Origin: Octopus vulgaris
Lineage: Eukaryota
Assembly: GCA_951406725.2 (NCBI GenBank)
Contig: OX597831.1
Coordinates: 42,656,001-42,720,000 of the forward strand
Direction of reading: 5' to 3'
Length of the DNA: 64,000 bases
Part shown: positions 13,800 to 49,827 of the stretch, piece after piece
Layout: the number at the start of each line of letters is the position of its first letter
How positions within the stretch are numbered: the stretch's first letter is position 1
Notes under the pieces: generated by a model
The model's input: the letters and a program-made list of their open reading frames with translations, nothing else
What the model was told of the DNA's origin: nothing
The model's database searches: none
Program-made: the position numbers and the translations under genes

Positions 13800-14110
13800 A
13801 TATAATGGGAAAGTGGGTGCCTCAGACAACAGGTGTCCCAGTTTTTGGAAAAGGTGAGTCTAAAAACAATGAAAAGAGAGGGGCCTCAGACAACAAGAAA
13901 GTGATGTCTCAGATAATGGGAAAAGAAAGTCTCAGACAACAGTAAAAGAGTTTTAGACAATGGGCAAAAGGGATTCTCAGACAATGGGAAAAAGAAAGTC
14001 TTAGAAAATAAGAAAAAGTGGGCATTTTCAGATTACTAGACAAGAAGAGTATCAGAAAATAGAAAAAAGGAGTCTCTTAAACAATGAAGTTTCAGTCAGT
14101 GGGAAAAGGA
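13800..14110. repeat. Degenerate ~23-25 bp minisatellite (TCTCAGACAATGGGAAAAGAAAG-like)
   Basis: CTCAGACAA/TTAGACAA followed by purine tracts recurs about 10 times. Confidence 0.7.
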
Positions 14111-14144
14111 AGTCGCATACAATAGTGAGGGAGGTGTTAGGCAA

Positions 14145-14470
14145 GGCCCCTTTCGGTCATGACTGACCATGTGATTGCCCTTAGAAAGTTCCCTCCCGAA
14201 ACACAAGTCCGAGCAAGGTTGTTTTTGTGGAATACCAGTAGTCACTCATGCATACCAGTCTCCCCTACCCACGCCACTGGTGTTCTCCTAGGGAAAGGCA
14301 ACGACCGACACAGTTTGACACCAGTGACGTCACAACTCATTTCTACAACTGAGTGAACTGGAGCAACGTGAAATAAAGTCTCTTGCTCAAGAACACAACT
14401 GACAATCCGGCCTGGGAATCGAACACAACCTCATGATTGTGAGCCCGACGCTTTAACCACTGAGCCATGC
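14145..14470 (-). mobile_element. tRNA-derived SINE
   Basis: Minus strand reads GCATGGCTCAGTGGTTAAAGCGTCGGGCTCACAATC...GTTCGATTCCC, followed by TTTCACGTTGCTCCAGTTCACTCAG. Confidence 0.75.
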
Positions 14471-15958
14471 TTCAAGGAAATCTCAGAAAATGGAAAAGGA
14501 TGCTCCAGAAGATGTGAAGACAATGGCAGAGGTTTCAGTTATGATCTTTCATGTGCTGGGCTTTCCACACTAAACTCATCATACAGAGGCATCAATCGTC
14601 AGACGGATGTCTTATTTGACCATGAAGGATTTCATATTGACAATTTACATCTTAAAAGACAAATATTAAATCCAAACTTTTTCAGCTCTGACGAAGTGAA
14701 GATAAAAATAATTGTAACGTGTCCTGCTCGAAGTGAGAACGACTGAATGAGTCTTGAGACTAATGATGTACTAGCTAAATGATGGAAGAGTGTATCCGTG
14801 GCGAAAGCAGGGCAGATCAGAAGTGGGGCAGATAGATTAGTTGGCATGGATTTATGATTCTGAAGAGACCTATTACTCTTGTAAGACGCCCCAAAAGTAC
14901 CCATTGTTAAAGAATTATATACTTTTTCTAAATTACTCTAGTTCTTTTATTCTGTCCTGCTACAACATATGCTCTTCATGTACATATAACTCTAACGCAT
15001 ACATAAATCAAATGTATTCAACACTGTTTACTAAAATGCTTAAGGCGTAGATTTAAATGAATGCATATCTTTTGCACTAGGCCTTCCACATATTGCCGGT
15101 TCAAATGGGATACGCGTGTTACATCTGTTCTCAGTCTTTTAACATATTTACTCGGATCTGAGCAAAGGCACATCTCTTGGTTCACGGCATTAAGGATTTT
15201 AGCCCACACTTGACTACATGTTCTTCAAGCAGATGGCATTCCTGGTAAAATTTCCAGTTTTTTAGTCCTGAATTGTTTAATTACTGGATAATTTCTCACG
15301 CAAAACTATATCCCTCTTCACAAGCATTCAAAGACTAGACTCACTTCTCACTTCCTTGTTTCCATTTAATTCTTAATCAATTTAAATTTCAGAGTTCTTT
15401 CCCTTGTATACTTTGACAAAACTAGTCATTAACGCTGATAATGTTTTTCTTATTACGGTATATACCTTGAGTATATTAGTTAAATCTTACCCATATATCA
15501 CTAGTCGGCCTCACTACAAACACGATATATTATATTCCTGACAGTATGATAATAAATGTTACATTAACTTGTTGTGCAGTGTCTAAATCTTCATATGAAT
15601 AAAACTCAAGATAGATTCAACGTTCTTATTGAGGAAGAGTGATGAGGTTGAGATAAGCTAGCAGATATCTTCGACTGTAATGCATGACACATTTCTATGA
15701 CGAGTAACTCAGAAAACTGTAGCAAAAGGAAGAAACCAGATTAAGTTCCTTTTCTTAAAGAGTCTATTTCCCCAGTACCTTACATACGCCTCCACCTCGC
15801 CAACACAAGACTATCAGTAAAATTGCTATAAACGACATAGCGCTAAGGTAACATGACAGACATATTGAATCGTTAATAGATATTGAATTGAGAGATAAAT
15901 TTATCAAGTTACCTTGCGGACATATATGAAGTGGAAAACTTTCTTGTTCTGCAATAAA

Positions 15959-16004
<46 letters not shown>

Positions 16005-17794
16005 TTTTCTCCAATTTTAACAAAGTTTTGCCATCTCAGTTAAACATTCGATGAATAGTTAGGCATAAAACGTAATGAAGCATCAACATTCAAGTGTTTT
16101 GTTCCTGAGAAGTTTCGCGTAGTTTCGTCCGGAAAATGAAAAGACATCATAAATGTCAGAAAACGATATCCAAAACTATAGAGCATTGAATATCATTTCT
16201 GTTCTAAAGTGTGTGGATTTTGTTTAATTCTTTCATATTTGTCATGTTATTCACTCATGGCTATGTTTTATCGCTTGGAGGAGAAAAAGTAGCGTCCATG
16301 ACCTTTTCTAGAGCTTCCGGGGATGTTAAGAGGAAAGGCAGGAAGAAACCATGACTCGTGGGTTGAAAGAAAGAATGAAAGTAGGATGGGAAGGAGGAGG
16401 AGATGACACATCAAGATATGGAGTTTTCATAGACTGGAGAAGACGTTTGCAACAGAATATATTCTGTGAGAGGCACCCAAGGTTGAGATAGTATTATCAA
16501 ACAGAGCACCAAATTAAGCCGACCATCCAAAGACTTGTTCATTTGATGCAACAAGTTTCCTTTCTGTTTCCATTGATCTAATTTTACGTACAAGGCTTTG
16601 TTCGGTCCGTGGTTACCTAATTTAACCTTAGTGGGGCCACAGAGTTGTGAAATAAGCTTCTTAACCATAGAGACATGTGACTAGATTCACAGTTAGTTAC
16701 ATTAAGATGAATTACTGCTCTTCTGATCAAAAGGTTGGCAGTTCGTATTGTCTCCATATAAATACTTAAACTATCAGTGATTCATTCACCTTAGTTGTAA
16801 ATACATGCTAAATCAAAGAAGAAATATTTTGGAGAAAATATTTTAAAGAAGAGCTTTCAGGGCCATCGGAAGCTCAGTATAACTGATTTGAAACAGGTAC
16901 CAGAAGATCGAAATTTTGGGAGATAACCGTCAAGTAAATTAGCTCCAGTACTTGACTGCTACTTTGTTTTATTGACATCGAAAGGGTGATCACCACGGAA
17001 TTTGAACGTACAGCGTAAAAGGTCAGCAAGTAAATACAGCAGGACCAGTTATGCCAACTATTCTAAGGATTTTGTTGACAAATGTTTCGTTAACTTGTGG
17101 GTTTGCGCTCAAATTTTTCCTTGAGCCAGGAAAAACTAATATTAACAATGAGCGCCATGAATTATCGAAACTATTTTGGCCAAAAAATTATTCGTTGCTT
17201 TTATCTTCTGTATGAAAAAATCTAATGAATGGCCTGCAGGCTTGGTTAGACTCTACTGTGGTGACGAGGTTTAATTGAGCGAAAAATGTCCAGAGCTCTC
17301 CCTAACATGTAAACAAACATCGTCCTTTTTGTCGGAGCATCTGAATTAATTTAGAAATTAATACTTGGTTTCTTGAAATTATCTCAGCCCTCCGTTTATT
17401 TATTTTTTTGAGAGCTTTAACAGTAGTCACTAGGTCTTTGTTTTTCTTCCCCAGCAAGCGATGGACACTTCGATTAATCAAGACTTTTTATGTGTACACT
17501 GTGTATACATAAAAATACTGCTGATCCTTTTTTTCTTATTTAGGCGGTCAATTGGTAGGATCATTAGAGCGTCGGATAAATTGCTGTGCGGTAATTATTC
17601 CAGCGACCTGAATTCAATTCTCACCGATGTCAACTCGGCAGAATCGTTGGAGTTGGAATAAGGGCGGATAGATTGCCTTGCGGTAAGCATTATGGCGTTC
17701 TGAGTTCAAATTCTGCTGAGGTCAATTTTACATTTCATTCCTTCGGGATCGATAAAAAAAAAACAGTGCCGGTGCTGTACTGAAGTTAATTCAT

Positions 17795-17854
<60 letters not shown>

Positions 17855-17859
17855 TACTG

Positions 17860-18073
17860 CCACAAGGGGCTACACACAGAGGGGACAAACAAGGACAGAC
17901 AAACGGATTACGTCGATTATATCGACCCCAGTGCGTAACTGGTGCTTATTTAATCGACCCCGAAAGGATGAAAGGCAAAGTCGAGCTCGGCGGAATTTGA
18001 ACTCAGAACATAAGGACAGACGAAATACCGCCAGGCATTTCGCCCGGCGTGCTAACGCCTTCTGCCAGCTCGC

Positions 18074-18075
<2 letters not shown>
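17860..18075 (-). mobile_element. SINE family B flanked by (TTTC)n
   Basis: Full copy beginning GGCGAGCTGGCAGAAG on the minus strand. Further partial copies lie at ~17630-17790 (+) and ~18260-18465 (-). Confidence 0.85.
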
Positions 18076-18109
<34 letters not shown>

Positions 18110-18989
18110 TGCAAGATATCGGTTGTGATTACAGCTGGACAGTCATGGACTCCGCCAAGTCCAAAAGTACCCAAGACACACCGTACGTTACGACGGTGTC
18201 CTTAGGACTCTAGCAAGGCTTGACCTTTCTTTTCTTTATTTGTAACAATTGTTTTAAAAATTTGGCACAAGGTTAACAAATTTAGGGAAAAGGGGAAAAC
18301 CACTTACGACGACCCTAGTACTTGAGATGCATTTTATTTTATCAGCGCCGAACGGATGAAAGGCAAAATCGACCTCGATAGGGTTTCAATTCGGAATGCA
18401 ATTCAGAAAATATAAGCTGCCGAGCATCGTGTTCGGCGCAGTAACGATTCTGCCAGCTCGTTGCCTTGTCTGATTATGACAATAACAATAAGAACTACAA
18501 CATTGTTTTCAACTAGAAAAACAAAACAAAACAAAACCAACCAAAAACCACCAATCAACAATAACAATAATAATCATATAAAAAGAAATAAGAAGAAAAA
18601 TATACAAAACACCCAAAAAAAAATGGAGAAAAGAAAACAAGAAAAAATAAAATTTTGTGAATTTCGTAAAATTACTCGATTTAATAAAAAAACAAAAGAT
18701 AATTTCTTTCTATAATTAATTAATTACATGAAAATAAATATGTGAAAATGATTATTTGGAAATAGGTTGAAATAATATGTCAAAAATAAATAAGGTTTCG
18801 TGGGGGTGGGTAGGTGGGTGACAAAAAGGAAAATTTTTTTTACGTGTACGGTGGCTATATATATATAAGAATATTCAGTGATAGGAAGTGTGTATAAGTG
18901 TACGTATGTTGGTGTAAGAATATACGCATGAGTGCGTGAATATATGTATATTTTATATACAGATAGCTGAAGAGTAAATGGACACAACT

Positions 18990-19062
18990 ATTATATATAT
19001 ACATATATGTGTATGTCTAAATATATATATATGTTTATATATATATATATATATATATATTA

Positions 19063-19117
<55 letters not shown>

Positions 19118-19165
19118 CATACACACACATATATAGTGTATGTATATATCTACACACACATATGC

Positions 19166-19232
<67 letters not shown>

Positions 19233-20503
19233 TGTAAAAATACATATAAATATATATTTAAAATAAAGAGTGTCTATTTACTTTTGAGATGTCCGTATGT
19301 GTTTGTATATATATATATATACACGCACACACATATATATACATACATTTATATAAATACATATATATATATATATACACACACATATGCATATATATAT
19401 ATATATATATATATATACATGTTCATTTTAGTGTTTGCGAGTGTGCATGTAAAGTGTACATGTGTGCCTACATATATATCTGTAAAGATATATCTACATG
19501 TCAACATGTTAGTGTGCGTGCGTGTGCATGTTTGCGGCTATGTATGTATGTGTGAGTGTGTGTATGAGTCTGTGTGTATTTATGTATATATATATATATA
19601 TACATATATATACATGGGTATAAGTGTAGGGGTGTGTAGGGGTGTGTAGGGGTGTGTATGTATATACCTATCTATATGTATATAAATATATATAACCATA
19701 AGTGTATATATGTACATATGTGTGTATGAGTGTGTGTGTGTGTGTGTGTGTGTTTGTGTGTGTGCGTATGTGTGTGTGTGTTTGTGTGTATGTGTGTGTA
19801 TGTATTTATGCATGGTCATAATATTGGCTTCGGCATGTGAATGTGTCACTAATAAATTAGCCGAATTACTTTTGCTGTTAAAAATCACATAATAGCAGTG
19901 TCTTTGCGTCTTTACGTATATATTCAAATGTATGTGAGTATATATATATATGTATGTATATATATATGTGTGTGTATGGATGTGTATGTGTGTACATATG
20001 CTTGCATGTGTGTGTGTGCATGTGTGTGTGTCTGTGTATGCATGCACTATGCATGTATGTAAATCTACGTATGTCGCATACCATATATACTTTACAATGT
20101 AAGCGCATATAAGAGTAACTCTACCGTTAATGAATATATGTATATATACTCGCAATGTTCATATATAGAATATATATATATATATATATGGCATGTATGA
20201 TTATGTAAAAGCATTACATATATACCTACGTATATGTGTGTGAGTGTGGGTATCTGTGTATTTAAGTGTGTGTGCGCGTGTGTATGTATATAATTATACA
20301 TACATATACATATATATCTACATATATATATAATTAATTAAAAATATTTACTTGCTCTGTTAATATTATTATTATAATAGTTGATGAGTGCTGTGAATGT
20401 TTCCGCCTTCTAGTAATTATACAACGACGAGACAAGAGTTTCACGACCCTCTGGAATGGGTCTGGAACCAAGGGTGCAGGAAATTCGGTGGCATATATGT
20501 ATT

Positions 20504-20546
<43 letters not shown>

Positions 20547-20580
20547 GATATATATACATATATATATATATATACATACG

Positions 20581-20622
<42 letters not shown>

Positions 20623-21140
20623 TGTGTGCATGTATGTAACTGTTCGTTTTCACAGATTAATAATAGTCAAGGTTTAAGAGAATTAAAAAAAATAATAATA
20701 AAACACAACAATGAATACTACTGAGAAAACACACACACATACACACACACATGCCATAAACTAACAAAAGGAAGATTTCATTTGTTTCGTTTCGGCCCAG
20801 TCCATATACATGAATAAATAATCAGCTTCTTCTACTGTAACAAAAAAAAAAAAAAAGTAAAACTAAACATTGTATTTATTTATTAAATAATAATAATAAT
20901 AATGATAATGATAATAATAATAATAGTAATAATAATAATATATTTTTATGTGGAAAGGAAAGGGAAATAAAGGAAAGCAAAGCAACACTTCTAAAGGCAA
21001 CAAGCCTTCGGGATGGGATGGTTTATGCAAATGTATATGTTATATATTTATATTACATGTATATGTATATATATATATATATATATGTGTTCGTGTGTGT
21101 GTGTGCATGTGTGTATGGGTTTATGTGCTTTTATATGTAA

Positions 21141-21194
<54 letters not shown>

Positions 21195-21198
21195 ATAC

Positions 21199-21239
<41 letters not shown>

Positions 21240-21295
21240 GACATACATATATATGGACATACATATATATGGACATACATATATATATATATATT
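18990..21295. repeat. Dense (TA)n/(TG)n/(CA)n microsatellite field
   Basis: Read directly; this is the source of the many YI/HT/CV pseudo-ORFs. Confidence 0.9.
20840..20885 (-). terminator. Candidate polyadenylation signal for the neuropeptide gene
   Basis: On the transcript strand, AATAAATAAA (20884-20875) is followed ~20 nt later by a long U tract, ~510 nt after the stop codon. Confidence 0.4.
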
Positions 21296-21391
21296 GAATC
21301 TTTCTCTGTTCTTAGAGTGCTGGTATTCTTAGCAGAGGTTGACATTTCACAAGATTGTTGGTGTAGTGGAATTGAACGTATGTCGACTGCA

Positions 21392-41705
<20,314 letters not shown>

Positions 41706-41893
41706 GTTTGGTTCTTGTTTCAATTGCTCGTGTAAACGTTGTTTCTATGCCTGATTGGAGGAGAGAGAGTGAGAGAGAAGAAAAGAGAGGTTTTAATATA
41801 AACGCAAATAATGAAGGAAAGATTACAAGATTACATTACAAGTTTCTTTCGTTGCAAGCGCTCATTTTGGTACCTGAACGAATGTATACAAGC

Positions 41894-41963
<70 letters not shown>

Positions 41964-42098
41964 TGTGTGAATAAATACATTCTTTTAATTTTTCCTTGTT
42001 TCAGTCATTTGACTGCGGCTATGCTGGAGCACCGTCTTAAACACACAGACATACACACACATACGTACATACACACACACACTTATATGTATAGCTTA

Positions 42099-42154
<56 letters not shown>

Positions 42155-42182
42155 TACATATACACATATATGCATATATATG

Positions 42183-42229
<47 letters not shown>

Positions 42230-42234
42230 GAGAG

Positions 42235-42311
<77 letters not shown>

Positions 42312-42559
42312 TTTAGGAGTTGGCTATAGATTTACTTATTGAATTTATTTACCGATAGTGTTGTACATAAGGTAAATGTGTTTGAAAGTTGTGGTTTCGT
42401 TGGTTTGTTTGTTCCTAAACAACACTTATTTTTGTTGAATGGTACTGCCCAGGTGTCGAAACTATAATGATATTCGTGGGGCGGCTGATGATGGATTGTT
42501 ATTATGGGTGTTTTTGTATATGTGGAATAGTATTATAACACATCCTTTTGATACACACA

Positions 42560-42604
<45 letters not shown>

Positions 42605-42691
42605 GTATGTATAAATGTATATGTATAGAGTGTTTGAAGTGGTGTACAGATATTGTATATTGAGAAAAAGGAGTCAGAATTTAGGATAATT

Positions 42692-42898
42692 CCTTATTAG
42701 CGCTTTCGTTCGTTTTTCGAACTCGTCAAGACAAAGTCAAAATCAAAGTGGTAAAAACACAACGTTTCGTTGTTCATTTATATGAATCGGATGTGCTTTT
42801 TTTTTGCTTTAAAACATCTGATTCATATAAATGGACAACGAAAGTTTCTGTTTTACCATTTTTACTTGATTTTGTCATGATGAGTTCGAAAAACGAAC
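42692..42898. mobile_element. Fold-back element (~90-bp arms) with an 8-nt-core hammerhead variant
   Basis: 42708-42797 is inverted relative to 42813-42898. Minus strand reads CTTTGT-CTTGACGA-GTTCG-AAAAA-CGAAC-GAAA-GCGC-TA-ATAAGG. Confidence 0.7.
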
Positions 42899-44524
42899 TT
42901 TTTAAAGCGTGGTACTTATTTTATCGGTGCGTTAGGGCAAACCGCTAAGTTACAGGGTTGTAAATAAGCCAACACCGGTTGTCAAGCTACGAAGGGGGAC
43001 AAACACAGACATAAACACACAAACACACACTCACACACATACAACGGGCTTCTTTCAGTTTCCGTCAACCATATCGACTTACAAGGCTTTGGTCAACTAG
43101 AGGCGATAGTTGAAGACACTTGCCCAAGGTGCCAGGAACCATGTGGTTGGGAAGCAAGCTTCTTACCACACAGCTACACCTGTGCCAATGGGCCACACCT
43201 GCGCCTGTATAGACAGATTTTTAAGGGATGGGTTAACCGATTAAATCGACCATAGCAAGGTATTTCATTTTATTGAGACAGGGTGGATAATGTGCAAAGT
43301 ATTACCTCGGTGATACTCGAACGTAGAAAGTTGTTCTTAATAATTCTTTGTAATTTTGGCTCTAGGCCAGCAATTTTTAAAAGAGGAGGAAGTTGATTAC
43401 ATCGACCCCTATGCTTAACCAATATTTATTTTATCACCTCAGAAAAGATAAAATGCAAAGTCAACCTCGGCGGAATTGGAACTCAGAACGTATAGAGCCA
43501 GAAATGCTGCTAAACATGTTCTCCGGCGTGCTAACGATTCTCCCACCACGCTGCTATGAAATGATAATTCTTTCCGCTATAGGCACAAGGACCGAAATTT
43601 TGCGGGGGAGTGTAGTCGATTACATCGACTCCAGTGCTCAGCTGGTGATGAAAGACAAAGTCAATCTCGGCGGAATTTGAACTCAGAATCTAAGGTGTCC
43701 TATGCGCTAACGAATCTGCTTGCTCGCCGCTTTCCTTTTACAAATAATTATAAAACAACGTTCTAGGATATTCTTTTCTCGTTATTATTAGTAGAACAAA
43801 CATAGCAGAATCGTTGGGGTTTCGAAGAAAATTCCTCTCGGAATTTCAACCCTTTACGTTCCGAGTTCCATCCCACCGATATCAACTTTGCTTATATCAT
43901 ACTTTCGAGGTCAATAACATTAAGCACCATTCTAATAATAGAGTCGATTACATCGCCTGAGCATTTCCCCCTGTCTAATTTAGAAGCGAATATTAGCGAG
44001 AGACTAACGTTCTGAATTCAAACAACGAAATCAACACATTAATAATGAGCATGTTTTAACTCACGCTTCCGGGTTTTGTGAGGTTTCTGGAGACTGGAAA
44101 CTAAATTCATTACTTAGAAAGAAAATAAATAAATAAATAAATAAATAAATGCTCTGTATTAAGTGAAGCCTTCGTTGTACAAAATCTGCTTTTCTGTTAT
44201 AGCTCTGGCATGTATCTCGACTCTATATACAAAGTGGTGTCAAGTGTTGAACAAAGGCGTCATAGCTAAAAGCTACGAAGCTTACTAGATAGACATGAAG
44301 CTGAGCGTCGTCATAATACTACCACCTGAATCACATATATACATCTTCACACACGTACATATATACACATATAAATACATAGAGTCAAACTAAACTTTAC
44401 TAAACGTTAAGACAGGCATACGGAAGAAATTCATTTCCGGTGAACTATCTCTATACATCTATTTATATACGTATATATGTCAATTTAGCTACATGTCGGA
44501 GTGTCAGCCTCTCTCTATCTGTAG

Positions 44525-44950
<426 letters not shown>

Positions 44951-46309
44951 TCTTTTATTTATTGTCTAAATATTTATATAAGATATTCTATGCTGATCTA
45001 TTTTCTCGTTATATCTGTATGTATCTATCTAGACAAATATGTTGTATATAAAGACAGAGAGACAGGCTGATATACAGATAAAGAAAAATAACACAGACAG
45101 GAAAGAAAGTGACAGATTGACAATCTGACAAATTGTTATGCATATATGTATACATACGTATAAGTAGATAAATCGAACGATTTCACAGGAAATGAATTAC
45201 TTCCGTATGAAAAATCTGAAGTGTCTATGGATTTTCATTTCCCTGTAGTGAGGTTTTTATAGGTGATACTTTGGGCGTTGTAAGAAAATGTGGAATGCAC
45301 ATACAAACACAAACATACAGACACATACAAACACACTTTTATTTAATGATACATAATTTGAAATTATATATATAAACATGAAATTTTTACAGATATGCAT
45401 TTTCTCATTTGAATGAATGTCCGAGCATATTTTTGTTACAGATATCGGGCTTTATATTTCAGAATACAGTTACTCGAATAGCGTCTGATATTCGCCTAAC
45501 TTCGTGTTACCATAAAGAATCTTGTGAGCATCAACTGACTCTTGCCATTAAAAACATTAATCTTATTACACGAAATGGTTGTAATGAAGTTTAAATAGAA
45601 CAAACAGAATAAAATTTTAAGAAAAAATGTCTGTTCATCGTCAACAAAAACGAGAGTTTGGTACCAGACAAATACTCGTAAGTTAACTTTTGGTCTTATA
45701 TGCAACAAAAAATTCCTGAAATAGCAAATGTACTAATTTCCTGATCGATTAGACATGAACGACTAAAGAAAATGTATCAAGTAACACGAAGCACAACTAA
45801 ATTGATTATTATTTAGAGATTAAACAACGTGAGACAATGGGAAAATGTAGAAAGATTTCAGGTATATTTTCTATTTCATTTTTCTATATTCATCCAATGC
45901 TCAGACTTAGTTCAGAACACTCTAGCTGATCACATGTCTGAAAACAACAAATAAAAACAATGCATTCGTTAGCAGTTGTTTGTAGCTACCAATATTTGAT
46001 TTAGTATGAAAAAATATAGTATAGGTCCAGGTATAGCTGTGTGGTTAAGAAGTATGCTAACCAACCATGTTGTTTAGGTTCACTCCCACAATCCGGCACT
46101 ATAGGTAAACGTCTACTACTATAGCTCCGACCCGACCAAAGCCTTCTGAGTGGAGAGAGACTGAAAGCAACTCTTCGTTGTTGACAAAATGAGGTTCTGG
46201 CCATAGAAAAGTTGCCTTAATGAAGTCTGTCAAACTCATGCAAGCATGGAAAAATGAAACATGATACAATTATATTAACGTTACATTTATGCATGTGGCC
46301 ACTAAAGCT

Positions 46310-46470
46310 TTTTCTATTTTCTCTCCCTGTTTATTTCTGTGTTCCTTTTTGTCGAAGAGCGTAGGCTCGAAATGTAAAAGACTTTCTCACTTCCCGAGCG
46401 TTAAACTAATACATCTGTTTGTTGTTTACACACCCGTCTTCGTCTTTTGTTTATTCTAAATTCTCAATGT
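46310..46470 (+). mobile_element. Short PLE-terminus-like repeat with degenerate hammerhead (second copy at ~3625-3790)
   Basis: CTTT-TTGTCGA-AGAGC-GTAG-GCTC-GAAAT-GTA-AAAG. The related copy at ~3660-3700 has GCGTAGGCTCGAAATGTTAA. Confidence 0.5.
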
Positions 46471-46562
46471 ATATATATATGTATATATATATATATGTAT
46501 ATATATTACGGAGATGTACTCGCATAGCAAGTAATTTGATCTGAGATCGTGTGCTGAAACGA

Positions 46563-46964
<402 letters not shown>

Positions 46965-46978
46965 ATATACATATATAT

Positions 46979-47078
<100 letters not shown>

Positions 47079-47384
47079 GTATATATGTATGTATGTATGT
47101 TTGTATGTATATATATATGGGAGTGGCTGTGTGGTAAGAAGCTTGCTTCTCAACCCATGGTTCCGCACTTTGTTGTCTGAACAACATGATCTGTTTATAT
47201 AATGATTTATTGTATGTGCCAATTGCTGATGTCTTACACGTTGCTGTGCCTCGATTCTTAATGAATCCTTGAAATTAACAAGCGTATGCATATATACATG
47301 TACATGCATGTGTAAATACATACATAGATATATACACAGATACATAAATACATACATACATACATACATACATACATACATACA

Positions 47385-47417
<33 letters not shown>

Positions 47418-47419
47418 TA

Positions 47420-47644
47420 TTTTATTCTTTTTCTTGTTTCAGTCATTTTGACTGCGGCGATGCCAGAGCATCGACTCTAGTCGAACAAATCTACCCCACG
47501 TCTTATTCTTTGTAAGCCTAGTACTTAATCTATCGGGCTCGTTTGCTGAACCGCTAAGTTACGGGGACGTAAACACACTGACATCGGTTGTCAAGCGTTG
47601 GTGGGGGATAAACACAGACACACAAATACATATATGTACATCTT

Positions 47645-47731
<87 letters not shown>

Positions 47732-47895
47732 ACACACGGTGGGCGTCTTTCAGTTTCCATCTACCAAATCCACTCACAAGGCTCTGGTCCGCCCGAGGCT
47801 ATAGGGAAGACACTTGCCCAAGGTGCCACGCAGTGGGAATGAACCCAGAACCATGTGGTTGAGAAGCAAGCTTCTTACCACACAGCCACTCCTAT
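47420..47895 (-). mobile_element. SINE family A
   Basis: Minus-strand head AGGAGTGGCTGTGTGGTAAGAAG, with internal microsatellite and tail. Confidence 0.85.
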
Positions 47896-48281
47896 GTATG
47901 TATGTATGTATGTATGTATGTATGCGTGTATATATATATATATATATATTATAAGAGAGAGGGAGAGAGAGAGAGAGAGAGAGAGAAGATATTTGGAGTT
48001 TCGTCAGGATGACACAAACTAATGTATATGCGATCTGAGTGATTAAAAAGGTGTACCACTATATATATATTTATACTCAAGTACTATCTAGCTGTTTTCG
48101 GAATTCCTCGGACATTCTATTGTATATCCGTATCGGCCAGTGTGATTTTGGTTTCAAGAATATCATACTTCCATTCAGATGAAGAGTTTCACCTCGAATT
48201 ACTCAGACTGGCAATCTTCGAACGATTTACATTTTGCCTCCTGCCTAGCTAAATATCATTATTATTATTATTATTATTATT

Positions 48282-48835
48282 GAGTGAGAGAGCAGTGCAT
48301 GCCATCAAAGTGACACTGGGGTAAAATATACGAAGCCCAATATACCCATCATGACTACCCGTCTGATAAGGGTACACCAGGCACATGCATCACAACCATA
48401 TGTGCGCGACATGGTGATCTCATATCAAGATAAACAGCACATGACCTTGCAGGTGGGGCCCAGTTAGAATTTTCTTCAGGTTGAGTAGCCCATCCCGCTC
48501 AAAAGGTCCCTGAATAAGGGTTGTTTAAGGATGTTGAAAGAACCACCCATGATTCCAGAGGTGAATTATTCAAACCCCAAAGAATCCCTCTCAACACATG
48601 GCTATGATGCTCCCCCACTACTTCTGCTCGTGATCAGAGATGCACATATCGTCAGCCACTAAAGGACATGCTCAACTGGTTAAGGTCAAACAACTGACAA
48701 GCAAATCTGTGGTATTGAGCAGAATATTTGCTGTAGCCCATCTTTTATACCAAGACAAAACAATGTACATGATAACGCTTCCAATCAGTTAAGATCAGAA
48801 GCCATGAGAGCCACTGCCTGGTACTGCATCAGGGC

Positions 48836-48838
<3 letters not shown>
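48282..48838 (-). mobile_element. ~560-bp repeat inserted in a (TAA)n microsatellite
   Basis: Flanked on both sides by (TTA)n. Homologous, in inverted orientation, to 10590-11010. Confidence 0.8.
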
Positions 48839-48893
<55 letters not shown>

Positions 48894-48897
48894 GTTA

Positions 48898-48957
<60 letters not shown>

Positions 48958-49590
48958 GTAGTAGTAGTAGTAGTAGTAGTAGTTGTAGAAGCAGTAGCAG
49001 TAGTATTATTCATATGCACACACACACATACACACACACACACACAAAAACACACACACATACATATATATTTGTATATATATAAATAGTATAGAAAATA
49101 GAATGGGAAAAATGGAATTGGTGTTCTGAATTACATTTGCGCATTATTAAATTATTCAAGAGAGATTTTCTACTCCTGGTCACGGCAATGTTGTTCAAAT
49201 TTACTATTTAATGACCCTCGCTTGAGCATTTTATCACCGAAACAGGAAATAGCAGACGCTATTCGTGAACACGCGCGCACACACACACACGTACGCACGC
49301 GCGCGCACACACACTTACGCACGCGCGCACACTCATTCTCTCACACACACTCTCTCTCTCTCTCACACACACAAACACGTGCATGCGAGCGCATACACAC
49401 ACACATATAGATACATAATACATAATACATGCATTCATGGATACATATATATATACATCTTTATATACGCATATGTATGCATATATGTGTGTAAATAGTG
49501 TATATATCCTTATATATATAATTACATATATATATATATGTATGTATGTATATATACGTATGCATATGTATATGCATATATATATATGTA

Positions 49591-49649
<59 letters not shown>

Positions 49650-49692
49650 GTTTGTATGTTTGTATGTATGTATGTATGCATGTATGTATAAG

Positions 49693-49827
<135 letters not shown>

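Noticed and set aside
14684-14730. CTGACGA...GTAACGTGTC hammerhead-like motif (similar traces near 12960, 16110 and 48175)
   Set aside because: The GAAA core is mutated and the stems are poor; at most decayed remnants.
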